DNA of 64,000 bases from Paraspadella gotoi (taxonomy: Eukaryota > Animalia > Chaetognatha), in the NCBI GenBank assembly GCA_051294375.1, contig JBJCIZ010000239.1, forward strand, positions 2,126,581-2,190,580, written 5' to 3'. Positions within the stretch are counted from its first letter, which is position 1. Each line of letters starts with the position of its first letter. A program made the position numbers and the translations under genes. The notes beneath the pieces were generated by a model, which saw nothing but the letters and a program-made list of their open reading frames with translations, was not told where the DNA came from and ran no database searches. Of this stretch, positions 63,136 through 64,000 are shown in pieces.

Positions 63136-64000
63136 GACAGCATTTTTGAAAAAAGAGTAGTTACAACAATTTTTATTTCATAGTAAAACGGACGTGTTTT
63201 ATGTGAGTCGAAACATGTTTGTTTCACTATGAAATAAAAATCGTTACAACTCTTTTTCAAAAACTTTGTTCTAATAAAATTATAAAATTTATATTAGTGA
63301 ACAAAAAAAATGAGTTAAATTTTACTTTTGCTGACCGGAGTTTTATCGAATTTTGAGAAATCATTTAAAAATATTTATTTTTAAAAAAATATTACCTAAT
63401 TACTCTAACCCTAAACCCTCTTAACGCTAATTACCCCTAACCTTAAATTACCCTTAAACCACCTTTAACCCTAACCTTTGACCTATAACCCCGGTCGGTG
63501 AAAGTAAAATTAACCCANNNNNNNNNNNNNNNNNNNNNNNNNATTTGTTAAATTCATTTAATTTTGTTTTCCCTTTAGCGTCGAGTCTCAGTTTGGCGCA
63601 ATAATATACTTTTTTTGGGTTAATTTTACTTTCACACGACCGGGGTTATAGGTCAAAGGTTAGGGTTAAAGGTGGTTTAAGGGTAATTTAAGGTTAGGGG
63701 TAATTAGCGTTAAGAGGGTTTAGGGTTAGAGTAATTAGGTAATATTTTTTTAAAAATAAATATTTTAAATGATTTCTCAAAATTCGATAAAAACTCCGGT
63801 CAGCAAAAGTAAAATTTAACTCATTTTTTTTTGTTCACTAATATAAATTTTATAATTTTATTAGAACAAAGTTTTTGAAAAAGAGTTGTAACGATTTTTA
63901 TTTCATAGTGAAACAAACATGTTTCGACTCACATAAAACACGTCCGTTTTTACTATGAAATAAAAATTGTTGTAACTACTCTTTTTTCAAAAATGCTGTC
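63136..64000. repeat. ~400-bp inverted duplication flanking an N gap, with degenerate CCCTAA/TTAGGG repeats
   Basis: 63136-63517 is the reverse complement of 63616-64000. Confidence 0.85.

Overview
AT-rich eukaryotic (probably invertebrate animal) genomic DNA from a draft assembly with N gaps and locally error-prone stretches. 1-16.3 kb holds a dense mixed tRNA cluster: 23 gene copies, 20 of them in 7.4-16.3 kb, including an intron-containing elongator tRNA-Met. Part of the cluster is duplicated and interrupted by a TIR element. 18.5-25.8 kb holds a 12-exon SLC5 sodium/solute symporter (+). 27-56 kb holds three minus-strand fucosyltransferases: two GT10 alpha-1,3-FucT genes and a divergent 8-exon FUT8/GT23-like gene whose exons 4-7 are present twice. 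Introns and intergenic DNA are packed with small mobile elements: Helentron/HINE-like repeats, MITEs and Penelope-like remnants with minimal hammerhead cores. The most notable feature is a non-coding, highly structured ~420-nt repeat family carrying a circularly permuted (P5-type) twister ribozyme with a tiny self-complementary P1. It occurs as a tandem 1.5-mer (retrozyme-like) and as dispersed copies. A second, degenerate P1-type twister-like family is also present. All calls were made by eye and have not been run through covariance models or databases.
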